Source: a virus
Taxonomy: Duplodnaviria; Caudoviricetes
IMG/VR virus record: IMGVR_UViG_2706796186_000001
Location: 96,001-160,000 of that record
Length of the DNA stretch: 64,000 nt
Strand: one strand, 5' to 3'
Below, piece by piece: positions 38,253 to 46,405 of this stretch. Position 1 is the stretch's first letter, and every line of letters begins with the position of its first letter. The translations under genes and the position numbers were made by a program. Under the pieces are notes generated by a model. That model saw only the letters and a list, made by a program, of their open reading frames with translations, was not told where the DNA came from and searched no databases.

Positions 38253-38278
38253 CATATAACAAGCCATGTCTGTAAGAA
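38253..38278 (-). promoter_or_regulatory. Putative phage middle-type promoter
   Basis: TTCTTAC-N15-TATG on the minus strand. Confidence 0.6.
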
Positions 38279-38335
38279 AGCGCGACCCTGCGCTATTTTC
38301 TATGTACCACCTGTTAACACTAAGAGGAATACCCG

Positions 38336-38872
38336 ATGGCCATCATCACTCCACAGGCGCAACTGGTTGCCCTGTTCAATGCGAAAAACGCAAGTCTGCC
38401 ACAAGCGCTGGTTGTTGCTGACGTCACCTTCGGTGCCGTTGATGTCTACACACCGGGCGACGGTGGCGATACCCGCAACACCAAACTGACCATCACCGCA
38501 GTGGCCGACAACGCCCACTTCACCGGTGAGAAAGAACTGCACTACACCCGTCTGAGTTCAGGCATCGTCGGCCCGAAAGCGGTTACCGCGGATCTGGCAG
38601 ACTGGGATACCGACGCGGAAGTGCTGGCCATCCTGAATGCGGACGTTATTGCTGCGGGTAAAACCGAAGATGCGTTTGCACTGGCTGACCTGACCATTAC
38701 GCGCGAAGGTACCGGTACCAACGAAGACCCGATGGTAATTGACGTGTCCATTAATGCGGGCCACATCAAGTACCTGCCGGGGCAGGTTGCCACGTATACC
38801 GTGACTGAAGAAATTCAGAAAACGGATCTGAGCACCACCGATGGTGAGCTGGATGGTTTTACCGTCGCGTAA
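38336..38872 (+). CDS. Putative virion protein, short family-A paralog
   Basis: LFNAKN..RNTKL..HYTRL; ends TDLSTTDGELDGF. Confidence 0.75.
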   Translation: MAIITPQAQLVALFNAKNASLPQALVVADVTFGAVDVYTPGDGGDTRNTKLTITAVADNAHFTGEKELHYTRLSSGIVGPKAVTADLADWDTDAEVLAILNADVIAAGKTEDAFALADLTITREGTGTNEDPMVIDVSINAGHIKYLPGQVATYTVTEEIQKTDLSTTDGELDGFTVA

Positions 38873-38897
38873 CGCCCTGACTATGGTTAGGTAATAT

Positions 38898-38928
38898 AGG
38901 GAGCTTCGGCTCCCTCTTTTATTTTTTT
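38898..38928 (+). terminator. Rho-independent terminator (UUCG loop)
   Basis: AGGGAGC-TTCG-GCTCCCT plus T-tract. Confidence 0.85.
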
Positions 38929-38943
38929 CTTCAAGGAGTGCAC

Positions 38944-39444
38944 ATGGCGAAGACATTGCAAGAAGAGTTCATTGATTTAGTGAACACCAAAAACGCAGGA
39001 TTAGGTTTAACGTTAGCGGACGTGGATTTCAGCGACCCGAGCGATTATGTCCCCGGCGCGGAAGGTGGTACGCGTAACAGCGTACTGACGTTAACAGCAA
39101 AAGCAAGCAGCGCGACCTTTAAAGGAAGCAAAGATTATCACTTTAACCGCTTTAACTTTACCCATCCAAATGGGGAAGATGCGGTGTCTGTGATGATAAG
39201 CGACCTAGACTTGTACTGGCAAGAGGACGATTATGCACTGGCGCAGTTTAACAAAGCCTTGCCTAACCATCCCGTTACCCTGTCAGAGGTCACCATCACC
39301 CGTAGTACGGTGGAAGGACACCTGCGTGTGAAGTTGAAAATCGTTCCAACCCATTTGAAATGGCAAGGTGCGTACGTATTCGAAATCTACGACGGTAAAA
39401 CGTTACTGGATAGCCGAGACGGCGAGTTAGACGGTTTCAATTAA
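38944..39444 (+). CDS. Putative virion protein, short family-A paralog
   Basis: LVNTKN..RNSVL..HFNRF; ends DGELDGFN; AAGGAG RBS. Confidence 0.75.
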   Translation: MAKTLQEEFIDLVNTKNAGLGLTLADVDFSDPSDYVPGAEGGTRNSVLTLTAKASSATFKGSKDYHFNRFNFTHPNGEDAVSVMISDLDLYWQEDDYALAQFNKALPNHPVTLSEVTITRSTVEGHLRVKLKIVPTHLKWQGAYVFEIYDGKTLLDSRDGELDGFN

Positions 39445-39490
39445 TAAAAAGGTGTACCGCTACCCTTCGGGGTAGCGGTATCCTTATTTT
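39445..39490. terminator. Bidirectional terminator (UUCG loop)
   Basis: TACCGCTACCC-TTCG-GGGTAGCGGTA between convergent genes. Confidence 0.85.
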
Positions 39491-39510
39491 AAACGGCCTG
39501 TACGGCCTTC

Positions 39511-40221
39511 TCAGGCGTTTAACAGTGGAATCTGCGTAATCGGTTGACTTAACGGCTGCGGTTCCCAAGTGACCGTTACAGCGTTAAATGCACGCTTGAT
39601 GTTCTGGTAGCGCGCATTCACACAATGGGCGTGTTTCACATCCCAACGTTCATGCTCAGGAATCGCGTTTTCAATCTGTTCACGGAAGAACAGATAGTTG
39701 CGATTGTAGTTCAGCGTGACATCCGAAATTGACGGGTAGCTGTACTGATGCGGGTTATCGTTCTTATCGGCATACGACGGCCAGCCGAAGTTCTTCACCG
39801 CTTCGTAAAACGAGTTGGCGAGGAATGATTCGACCTTCATCATTTCCATAATCCGCAAGAACATCAAATCCGCAAACGGCTTGTCCGTTGCCCGTGACAG
39901 ATTGCCCGCCGGAGTATCCGGGTAGGGTACTGGGGACGGGGCTTTCTGATACAGCAGGTCGTGGATACAGGCAGCTGCCGCCCAAGGGCCATCAGGGTGC
40001 AGAATCGGCTGTAAGGCAGCTGGGATACTCGCCAAGTCCGTGACGAAGCCCGCGGGGGCGGTGACATACATCAGCGTGTCAGGATGAATACCAGAACGGT
40101 ACACCATGTCATCCAAGCCCGGATGGTCACGGTACAATGCCCTCAGCGTAAACGGTACCCGGAAGTCGTCTGTCAGAATGAACCACTGCTTATCTAACAC
40201 TTTATACTTCAACTCGTTCAT
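39511..40221 (-). CDS. DUF1353 domain protein
   Basis: PAGFVTDLASIP..AAACIHDLLY..ADLMFL signature. Confidence 0.8.
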   Translation of the reverse strand: MNELKYKVLDKQWFILTDDFRVPFTLRALYRDHPGLDDMVYRSGIHPDTLMYVTAPAGFVTDLASIPAALQPILHPDGPWAAAACIHDLLYQKAPSPVPYPDTPAGNLSRATDKPFADLMFLRIMEMMKVESFLANSFYEAVKNFGWPSYADKNDNPHQYSYPSISDVTLNYNRNYLFFREQIENAIPEHERWDVKHAHCVNARYQNIKRAFNAVTVTWEPQPLSQPITQIPLLNA

Positions 40222-40334
40222 GAAAGTGCCACCTTAACCATACTGAGCACCACCATGCCTATAATCGACCCCCACAACACATACGCAGGTGGATCATCCT
40301 CGGTAAAGAATTTTGTCGGTACAGAATTGTTCAT
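40218..40334 (-). CDS. 38-aa single-TM protein (absent from ORF track)
   Basis: MNNSVPTKFFTEDDPPAYVLWGSIIGMVVLSMVKVALS; TAAGGG RBS; ATGA overlap with the DUF1353 gene. Confidence 0.6.
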   Translation of the reverse strand: MNNSVPTKFFTEDDPPAYVLWGSIIGMVVLSMVKVALS

Positions 40335-40353
40335 GGTGATGCCCTTATGGTTA

Positions 40354-40953
40354 TTATTTAGAACATACCCCTACCTTGATAGCGTAGTCGCCCATTTCAC
40401 GGTAGACGCGGTCATACCAACCGTAAGTGAACTCTTCGTTCTGTACACGCTTCTCGGAAATCTCGGTGTAGTAAGACACCTGATGGGAAGTGAGCGCGAA
40501 CATCAAACGGTTGAAGCCATCCAGACCACGGGCTTTCAGGAAACCTTCCAGCGCAGTCATAGTTGCAGGGCCGATACCACCGTCAGCAGAGATGTCGGCA
40601 TACAGTTTACCCTGACGGTTCAACACGTTCAGAATACGCTGAAGCGATTTGATGCAGTTTGCACGACCGGCGTTAATGCCGAAGTCGAACATACGGTCAG
40701 CCAAGAGCGGATTCCATGCGAGAATACGGTCAAGGCGCATACGGTCCCACCACCCTTTCTTGTAGATGTCGAGTGCCATCTGACGCGTCAGGTTACGCAT
40801 GTCGCCGGTGTAGCCGTTTTCACGCGCGGTAGCTTGTGTGATGCCGAAGTTGGTTGGGCCACCCAAGTCGTTCGGGTTGTTAACATAACCGGCTTCAATG
40901 TTAACTTTGGCCGCAATGATACCTTCCATACTCCAACGGTCTACAGTTGTCAT
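40354..40953 (-). CDS. Glycoside hydrolase family 108 lysozyme with C-terminal peptidoglycan-binding domain
   Basis: EAGYVNNPNDLGGPTNFGIT, FDFGINAG, LQRILN, DGGIGPAT, FTYGWYDRV. Confidence 0.9.
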   Translation of the reverse strand: MTTVDRWSMEGIIAAKVNIEAGYVNNPNDLGGPTNFGITQATARENGYTGDMRNLTRQMALDIYKKGWWDRMRLDRILAWNPLLADRMFDFGINAGRANCIKSLQRILNVLNRQGKLYADISADGGIGPATMTALEGFLKARGLDGFNRLMFALTSHQVSYYTEISEKRVQNEEFTYGWYDRVYREMGDYAIKVGVCSK

Positions 40954-40993
40954 AACATTTCCTCTAATAAAGAACAACAGTCATAACAACCGT

Positions 40994-41034
40994 AAGAAAA
41001 AAAAGAAAAGCGACCCACCCCCGAAGGAGTGGGT
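40994..41034 (-). terminator. Rho-independent terminator closing the radical SAM operon
   Basis: Minus strand ACCCACTCC-TTCG-GGGGTGGGT plus T-tract. Confidence 0.8.
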
Positions 41035-41039
41035 ACGAC

Positions 41040-41696
41040 TTAGGCTACACCGTTATCCGCAGCAAGCTGCTTAACTGCGGTGAAGTCTTTTTGTTCCGTG
41101 AGGATACGGATGCGTTGTTTCAACACAGACATGACCATGTGCAGGTCATTGTCACGCGTGATGATTTCCGCATAGAGGGCTTTAACGTCCTCCACCGTCC
41201 ACGGCTCGATAGGCTCGTTGTTCAGCGTCATCCAGTACATCGGGTCAACCCCGGACTGCATGTAGCTTTGCATCGATTCGCGCGACTTCTCGTCAGCTTG
41301 GAACGTCTTGTCACGGAAGGTAATGGGTGCAAACCGTTCCGCGTTATACTTGTCGTTCAGTTTCGGATAAATCGCATTGACTTCCTGATAGAGGTAGTTC
41401 TCCGTCGAGGTCAGCGCGGTACGTACGTGGTCTAAATCAATCTCCAGCACGTCAGCAATAAACTCTTTGGTTTTCTTCATCAGGAATTCAATTTCAACCG
41501 GTGACAGGTCAAAGCCTTTGAGTTTCTCGCGGGCTTTCTTGTCACTCATACCGTTAATCAGATGGTAGTGCAGTAGCAGGCAGAACCCGATACGGTTTTC
41601 CATCTGGTCTTGGTATTCTTCCACGTAGTTACCGTAGCGGTCGATACGCGTGCCCCGTTCGAAATAACGGGCTTTTATTTCGTCGTTACTAAGCAT
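41040..41696 (-). CDS. DUF4376-like (tail-fibre-assembly-associated) protein
   Basis: C-terminal FQADEKSRE..WMTLNN..WTVEDVKAL..H..LKQRI pattern. Confidence 0.6.
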   Translation of the reverse strand: MLSNDEIKARYFERGTRIDRYGNYVEEYQDQMENRIGFCLLLHYHLINGMSDKKAREKLKGFDLSPVEIEFLMKKTKEFIADVLEIDLDHVRTALTSTENYLYQEVNAIYPKLNDKYNAERFAPITFRDKTFQADEKSRESMQSYMQSGVDPMYWMTLNNEPIEPWTVEDVKALYAEIITRDNDLHMVMSVLKQRIRILTEQKDFTAVKQLAADNGVA

Positions 41697-42232
41697 CCGG
41701 ATTCTCCTGCAATCCCAAGGTCAACCAGCAGACCGAAGTCAATGAACTGGAAATCATTTTCCAACTCTTCGCCCCAGAGCAGTTTGGCCTCTTCTGCTTC
41801 ATCACCCATCTCTTCCAGCGTCTTACGTGCCACTTCGAATTCGTGGTAGAACGCATCGGTCAGGTGTGTACCGCGTAATGCACGCACAGTCACACCAGGG
41901 AAGTTCAGGGCCAGTCCCACAACGTTGGTTGGGTCTGCATCACCGGTAGAACGGCGCAGTACCTGCAACTTGTGTTTTGGGAACGCCACCACACGTTTTT
42001 CGAAACCGGGATTACGTTTCTCGATTTCGACAACGGACTGGTGATCGTCTTCCACGCCCTGTAAAGGCAGGATGACATTCAGGCCATAACGGTTCAACAG
42101 ACGAATGGTGTCATCGTTGAAATCTTCACCCGGCACGATCGCATGGATGTTGTACAGCTTGTGTTTGCGAATGAACGCATCGACAAGGTGAACGTTACGC
42201 CGAGTAAAATTGTGAATCAGCAATGACTTCAT
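41675..42232 (-). CDS. Hypothetical protein in radical SAM operon
   Basis: 185 aa, overlaps both neighbours. Confidence 0.7.
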   Translation of the reverse strand: MKSLLIHNFTRRNVHLVDAFIRKHKLYNIHAIVPGEDFNDDTIRLLNRYGLNVILPLQGVEDDHQSVVEIEKRNPGFEKRVVAFPKHKLQVLRRSTGDADPTNVVGLALNFPGVTVRALRGTHLTDAFYHEFEVARKTLEEMGDEAEEAKLLWGEELENDFQFIDFGLLVDLGIAGESGCLVTTK

Positions 42233-43541
42233 TCGAGGCTCCGAGTTCTAATTTAAGTTTATCTGCTTTCATGCGGTCACGCACGCAGCTCGCACAGTAG
42301 CACATGGATTTATCGTGCAGGTCGGCGACATTCGTGGTACCGGTTTTCTGATACCAGTATTCGGACACCAACAATTTCGCGGTCGTCCAACCACACTGGC
42401 GTCGCTCAGCATGGTACTCTTTACGCGCTTCCAGCTCGCCGTCACCGTTCTCGTAAGAAGCAGCCGCACAGCTACCGCACGAGTGTTTCATCGGGCAGCC
42501 TAAGCAGGTAGACGGGTAGTTGGTGTACTGCGTCTGAATTTCGTTCAGTAGTTTGTGACCGTCAATGTTCACAATCTCACGCCCACGCAGTTCTGCTACC
42601 GCTGAACGGGTGGTTACGGTTGACATGAAGCGGTTACAGCCGTAAATCTTACGGTCGAAGCCAAGACAGGTCATGTGGGTCAGCGTACCGCAGTAAGGAC
42701 GTACACGGTCTGGGTGCAGACGGGTTGCTTCATCGTCCAGCAACTTCTGACGCCAGTCCGGGTCCCATGTCGCCATGAAGTCCAGCCCATCAGGAATGAT
42801 GTGGGTCAGGATGTTACGTGGTGACTTGTGGTAGCCGTTGTCGACCCAGTAATCGATAACGTCAATCATCTGGTTTGCGATACCCAGAGCCATATCACGC
42901 GACAGAATGTCTTCGTACGTGACGTTACCGGAGATGGTACCACCGCCCGTTTCTTTAATCAGGTGAATCATGCTCTCGCCGTAACGAGGCAGGGTCTCAC
43001 CGGTAAAGGTGGCTTTGATACCGAGTTCTGCAATACCGACAGATTTCAGGTATTGGTAGCCGCGCATCGCCTGCTCGTACGAGCCTTCACGCGAAGTGGT
43101 GAAGATACGATAGCGGTCGTGTACTTCTGGCAGACCATCGATGGACACACCAATCGACAGACGGTCTTTCCAGCGTTCAATGATTTCTTTGCTGATAGGA
43201 CGGTCGAACAAGGTGCCGTTGGTAGAAATAGAGAATACGTACTGGCGGTTGTCGCGCGCCGCTAACTCTTCGGCTGTCTCAAAGACGGCTTTCAGAATCT
43301 TCGGCTGCATAAACGGCTCACCCCCGATGATGTCGATAATGATTTCGGCATCTTCGATGTGACGGTCGCGGTCAAAACACGCATGAATAAAATCGACAGC
43401 GTCATCCACTTTGTTGTTGCGCGGATACTTACGTTCGTAGCAATACGAACAGTCGAGATTACAAGACAGGTTAGTTACGACCTGATACGTGAGTGTGGGG
43501 CGCTGTTTACGCGTCTGCGATGAAGATCGTTCTTCACTCAT
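42195..43541 (-). CDS. Radical SAM/SPASM peptide maturase (CXXX-repeat-target type)
   Basis: CNLDCSYC, IIGGEP, STNGTL, GVSIDG..HDRYR; C-terminal YCG..IYGCNRF..CLGCPMKHSCGSC..QCGW SPASM-like cysteines. Confidence 0.9.
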   Translation of the reverse strand: MSEERSSSQTRKQRPTLTYQVVTNLSCNLDCSYCYERKYPRNNKVDDAVDFIHACFDRDRHIEDAEIIIDIIGGEPFMQPKILKAVFETAEELAARDNRQYVFSISTNGTLFDRPISKEIIERWKDRLSIGVSIDGLPEVHDRYRIFTTSREGSYEQAMRGYQYLKSVGIAELGIKATFTGETLPRYGESMIHLIKETGGGTISGNVTYEDILSRDMALGIANQMIDVIDYWVDNGYHKSPRNILTHIIPDGLDFMATWDPDWRQKLLDDEATRLHPDRVRPYCGTLTHMTCLGFDRKIYGCNRFMSTVTTRSAVAELRGREIVNIDGHKLLNEIQTQYTNYPSTCLGCPMKHSCGSCAAASYENGDGELEARKEYHAERRQCGWTTAKLLVSEYWYQKTGTTNVADLHDKSMCYCASCVRDRMKADKLKLELGASNEVIADSQFYSA

Positions 43542-44431
43542 TTGATTACCTCATTGCGATGTTTGCGAGCGTGGATCGTGCGATTGATGTAACGGTAGGC
43601 TTCTTGCCCAATGACTTTCGCCAGCATGTTACAACCGCTATCGATTTCCATCTCGACATCCATCGTGTAGCCGATAGACGCATCGGAGTCCAGACGAACC
43701 AGACCGCTGCACGCGTTGCACGACTGCTCAAAGAACTTGCTGATGGAGAACCCAGTTGAGCCATTGTTCATGACATTCAGGCGTTCAATCTGGTCTTCCA
43801 TTTTGTTGTAGCCGAACATGAAGTTCATCACCAAATCTTGGTTCAGAGGTTTCTTCATGCGGTTGTCCAACAGCAGCGTCATGTCTTTGAAGCCGTAGTG
43901 GTGGAGTGCGCGGTGTAAGTCCAGCAGGTCAGTGTGCCAATATTTATCAGCCAACTGCTCACGAGTCACCACGGCCCACGTATGGACGTTGTTCAGCGCA
44001 GCCATCACTTCGAAGGCTTCGAATGCACCATCTTCAACGACACGCCAGAGCGGACGTTCGCTCTTTTTGTATCCATCGAACGACACACAGATACGGTTAA
44101 ACTGTTGCAGCATCGGGAGATGTTCCAGACGCATTTTCAGACCGTTCGTGTACAGCTCGTGAGTGAGATGTGGATAACGGGCTTTGACTTCGGCCAGCAA
44201 TGGCTCAATCTTCCGGGTCGCCATTAATGGCTCACCACCCGTCCAGTTCATCCCTTGTAAAGTCGGGTACTTCTCCAGTTGTTCAAACAGCGCTTCACGC
44301 TGAATTTCCCGACCAACATCTTTTGTGTCCATGTAATACGCTCCGCCGCAGAAACTACAATCCAAATTACACTTGGACGTCGTCACTATCGACAGCTCGG
44401 TAGGGGGACGTATTTGTGGTGCATCGGTCAT
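43538..44431 (-). CDS. Second, shorter radical SAM protein
   Basis: CNLDCSFC, WTGGEPL, YTNG, VSFDG; short C-terminal CNAC..GCN; ATGA-coupled to the next gene. Confidence 0.85.
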   Translation of the reverse strand: MTDAPQIRPPTELSIVTTSKCNLDCSFCGGAYYMDTKDVGREIQREALFEQLEKYPTLQGMNWTGGEPLMATRKIEPLLAEVKARYPHLTHELYTNGLKMRLEHLPMLQQFNRICVSFDGYKKSERPLWRVVEDGAFEAFEVMAALNNVHTWAVVTREQLADKYWHTDLLDLHRALHHYGFKDMTLLLDNRMKKPLNQDLVMNFMFGYNKMEDQIERLNVMNNGSTGFSISKFFEQSCNACSGLVRLDSDASIGYTMDVEMEIDSGCNMLAKVIGQEAYRYINRTIHARKHRNEVIK

Positions 44432-44449
44432 TGCAGATTGCTCCAGTTT

Positions 44450-45328
44450 TTAATAGATCGCGAAAAGGGGGTCGTCCTCAAACTTCGCGCCCACATCCAG
44501 AAGGAAATCGGAGTGGTAGGCATCGAGTATTTGATTCAGAACAGCCTGACGGTCGTTAATCCGTTTAAGATCATCGAGTGTCACGCTTCGCGACTTGATG
44601 TTTGAAACTGCCTTTTCTTCGTCAGCTGTTAAGGAAACCTTCGACAGAAGGAAACTTACCAGCTTGCTCAGGTCAGCCTCGGTACCCGGTGCTTCACCGT
44701 AACGCAATTGAACCAAGAACTGCATCCACGGTTTGCGGATACGGCGACTGATTTCATGTGGATCGGTAATCGCTTCGAACTGCCCATCTACCGCATTCCA
44801 GCGAAACTTGTAGCTATACGCCAGTAAGTCAGCCAGACAATGGATACCGAGCGTTTCATAACCTAAGATGTGATGGTATTTTTCCACACCTTTATATTCT
44901 TCCGTGCCGGTCGGTACTACGGTGTACCAGAACGGATTAGAAGACGGGTAGTCCCAGCTCCACTCGCGACGAACCATGGGAATGACGTCCAAATCCGCAA
45001 ACGGCGTGAAGATCATTTCCAAATCCATCGAGTGGTTCAGGACTGCATCAGTAAAGAAATACTTACCGTCAATCAGTCGGCCACTGGCGTTCAGCTCGCC
45101 TTCATTAAACTTCACATGCTGAACAGTGTGCTTACCGATGGAGTAGGTATTCTCTTCGGTGTACTGCTTACGTGTAATATCCCGCCCACGTACCTTAGGC
45201 CATTCGCCTGGCAGCATCGAGATAAGGCGTACTTCGTCAGCGATGTGTGCTTTCACACTGTCGTACGACGAAATGTGTAACGGGAAATTTTGCGTCGTGC
45301 GGTACGCCAAATGGAGGTCGTTCTTCAT
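44450..45328 (-). CDS. Hypothetical protein in radical SAM operon
   Basis: 292 aa with AAGGA RBS, between the precursors and the rSAM genes. Confidence 0.75.
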   Translation of the reverse strand: MKNDLHLAYRTTQNFPLHISSYDSVKAHIADEVRLISMLPGEWPKVRGRDITRKQYTEENTYSIGKHTVQHVKFNEGELNASGRLIDGKYFFTDAVLNHSMDLEMIFTPFADLDVIPMVRREWSWDYPSSNPFWYTVVPTGTEEYKGVEKYHHILGYETLGIHCLADLLAYSYKFRWNAVDGQFEAITDPHEISRRIRKPWMQFLVQLRYGEAPGTEADLSKLVSFLLSKVSLTADEEKAVSNIKSRSVTLDDLKRINDRQAVLNQILDAYHSDFLLDVGAKFEDDPLFAIY

Positions 45329-45346
45329 GGTTTCTTTATCCTTACT

Positions 45347-45556
45347 TTATCGGTTACCCGCGCCGTAACTGCACCCACCACTGCACGACCAGCTACAGCT
45401 ACCGTTGCAGTTATAATGCGAGAGTGGAAGCCCAGCAAGGTTGTTGGTCGAACTGACCGTGCCGCGTGTGGCGATATAGTTATTGGCCTGTGCGGTCGTG
45501 ATGTAGCCTTCGACGTTCTGCACCCGATCGCGAATGTTTTTCAATGAGATTGCCAT
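45347..45556 (-). CDS. Cys-rich CXXX-repeat precursor peptide 3 (short)
   Basis: Leader MAISLKNIRDRVQNVE; core CNGSCSWSCSGGCSYG (4 Cys); GAGGA RBS. Confidence 0.85.
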   Translation of the reverse strand: MAISLKNIRDRVQNVEGYITTAQANNYIATRGTVSSTNNLAGLPLSHYNCNGSCSWSCSGGCSYGAGNR

Positions 45557-45577
45557 AGGTCCTCACTCGATAGAGTT

Positions 45578-45970
45578 CTATCGACTGCCTGAACAGCCAG
45601 AGCATCCCGTACAACTTGAACTACAGGAACCGGAACAGTTACCGGAGCATGTACCCGAACAACCGGAGCACCCACCCGAACACGAACCAGAACATCCTGA
45701 GCACCCACTGGTACACCCAGCAGTACAGCTCGACGAACATGAGGAACCGCAGCCCCCTGATGCCGAACCGGAACAGCCACCTGAACAGCTAGAGCAACCC
45801 CAGCTACAGGTTCCGCCGCAATCGTAATGAATACGTCCTTGGCCGCCGAATAAGTCGACGTTATTGGTTGCCTTATTACGGATGTAGGTTTGTACCCCAC
45901 CTTCCGTTTTTAAGGAGTTCGCTTCGATCACTGCAATGCGATCCGCGATGTTTCGTAAGTTGATAGCCAT
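45578..45970 (-). CDS. Cys-rich CXXX-repeat precursor peptide 2
   Basis: Leader MAINLRNIADRIAVIE; 20 Cys in CXXX/CXX Ser/Gly repeats; GGGAG RBS. Confidence 0.9.
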   Translation of the reverse strand: MAINLRNIADRIAVIEANSLKTEGGVQTYIRNKATNNVDLFGGQGRIHYDCGGTCSWGCSSCSGGCSGSASGGCGSSCSSSCTAGCTSGCSGCSGSCSGGCSGCSGTCSGNCSGSCSSSCTGCSGCSGSR

Positions 45971-45979
45971 TGTTTCTCC

Positions 45980-46369
45980 CTACTGTGGACCAGAGCAACC
46001 AGAGCAACCGGTGCAGCTGGAAGAACACGACCCGGCGCAACCACCGCCACACTTACCACTGCACGAAGACGCACAGGTACCTGAGCAACCTGAACAACCC
46101 GAACACCCACCGCCGCAGTTAGAAGAACAGCTACCCACGCACGTAGAAGTACAGGTTCCTGCACAGCTAGTACAGCTTGCAGAACACCCGTTAGAACACG
46201 ACCAGCTACAACTGCCGCCACAATCCAGACGGGAGGGAGACCACCCACTGAACGAGTCCGCAGCGTTGTAAGCTTTCGATGCAACCTGCCCGTCTACACG
46301 AGCCCCGGTAGCATAGTTTGCTTCCACATTGTTAACGCGGTCGCGTATGTTTTTCATTGAAATCGCCAT
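45980..46369 (-). CDS. Cys-rich CXXX-repeat precursor peptide 1
   Basis: Leader MAISMKNIRDRVNNVE; 21 Cys in CXXX/CXX repeats; AAGGA RBS. Confidence 0.9.
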   Translation of the reverse strand: MAISMKNIRDRVNNVEANYATGARVDGQVASKAYNAADSFSGWSPSRLDCGGSCSWSCSNGCSASCTSCAGTCTSTCVGSCSSNCGGGCSGCSGCSGTCASSCSGKCGGGCAGSCSSSCTGCSGCSGPQ

Positions 46370-46405
46370 ACGTTTCCTTTGTCAATAAAAAAATGAGGAC
46401 GCTGC

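Noticed and set aside
40982-40998. Middle-type promoter for the lysozyme gene
   Set aside because: TTAC and TATG are only 6 nt apart rather than 15; at most a TATG-only late start.
43538-44431. Short rSAM as QueE partnering the QueC-like gene
   Set aside because: It is 30 kb away, coupled to the peptide maturase, and lacks the QueE-type N-terminal motif; not formally excluded without an HMM search.
45534-46284. Alternative-frame ORFs over the precursor genes (PEQ/PEH-repeat ORFs on +, Val/Ala-rich ORFs on -)
   Set aside because: These are shadows of the Cys/Ser/Gly codon repeats; only the Cys-rich frames have RBSs and the shared leader.
45578-46369. Reading the Cys-rich ORFs as plain metallothioneins or as a DNA tandem repeat/CRISPR
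   Set aside because: Repetition is at the protein level with varied codons and no repeat-spacer pattern. The conserved leader and adjacent rSAM/SPASM genes favour modification substrates, though metal binding is not excluded.
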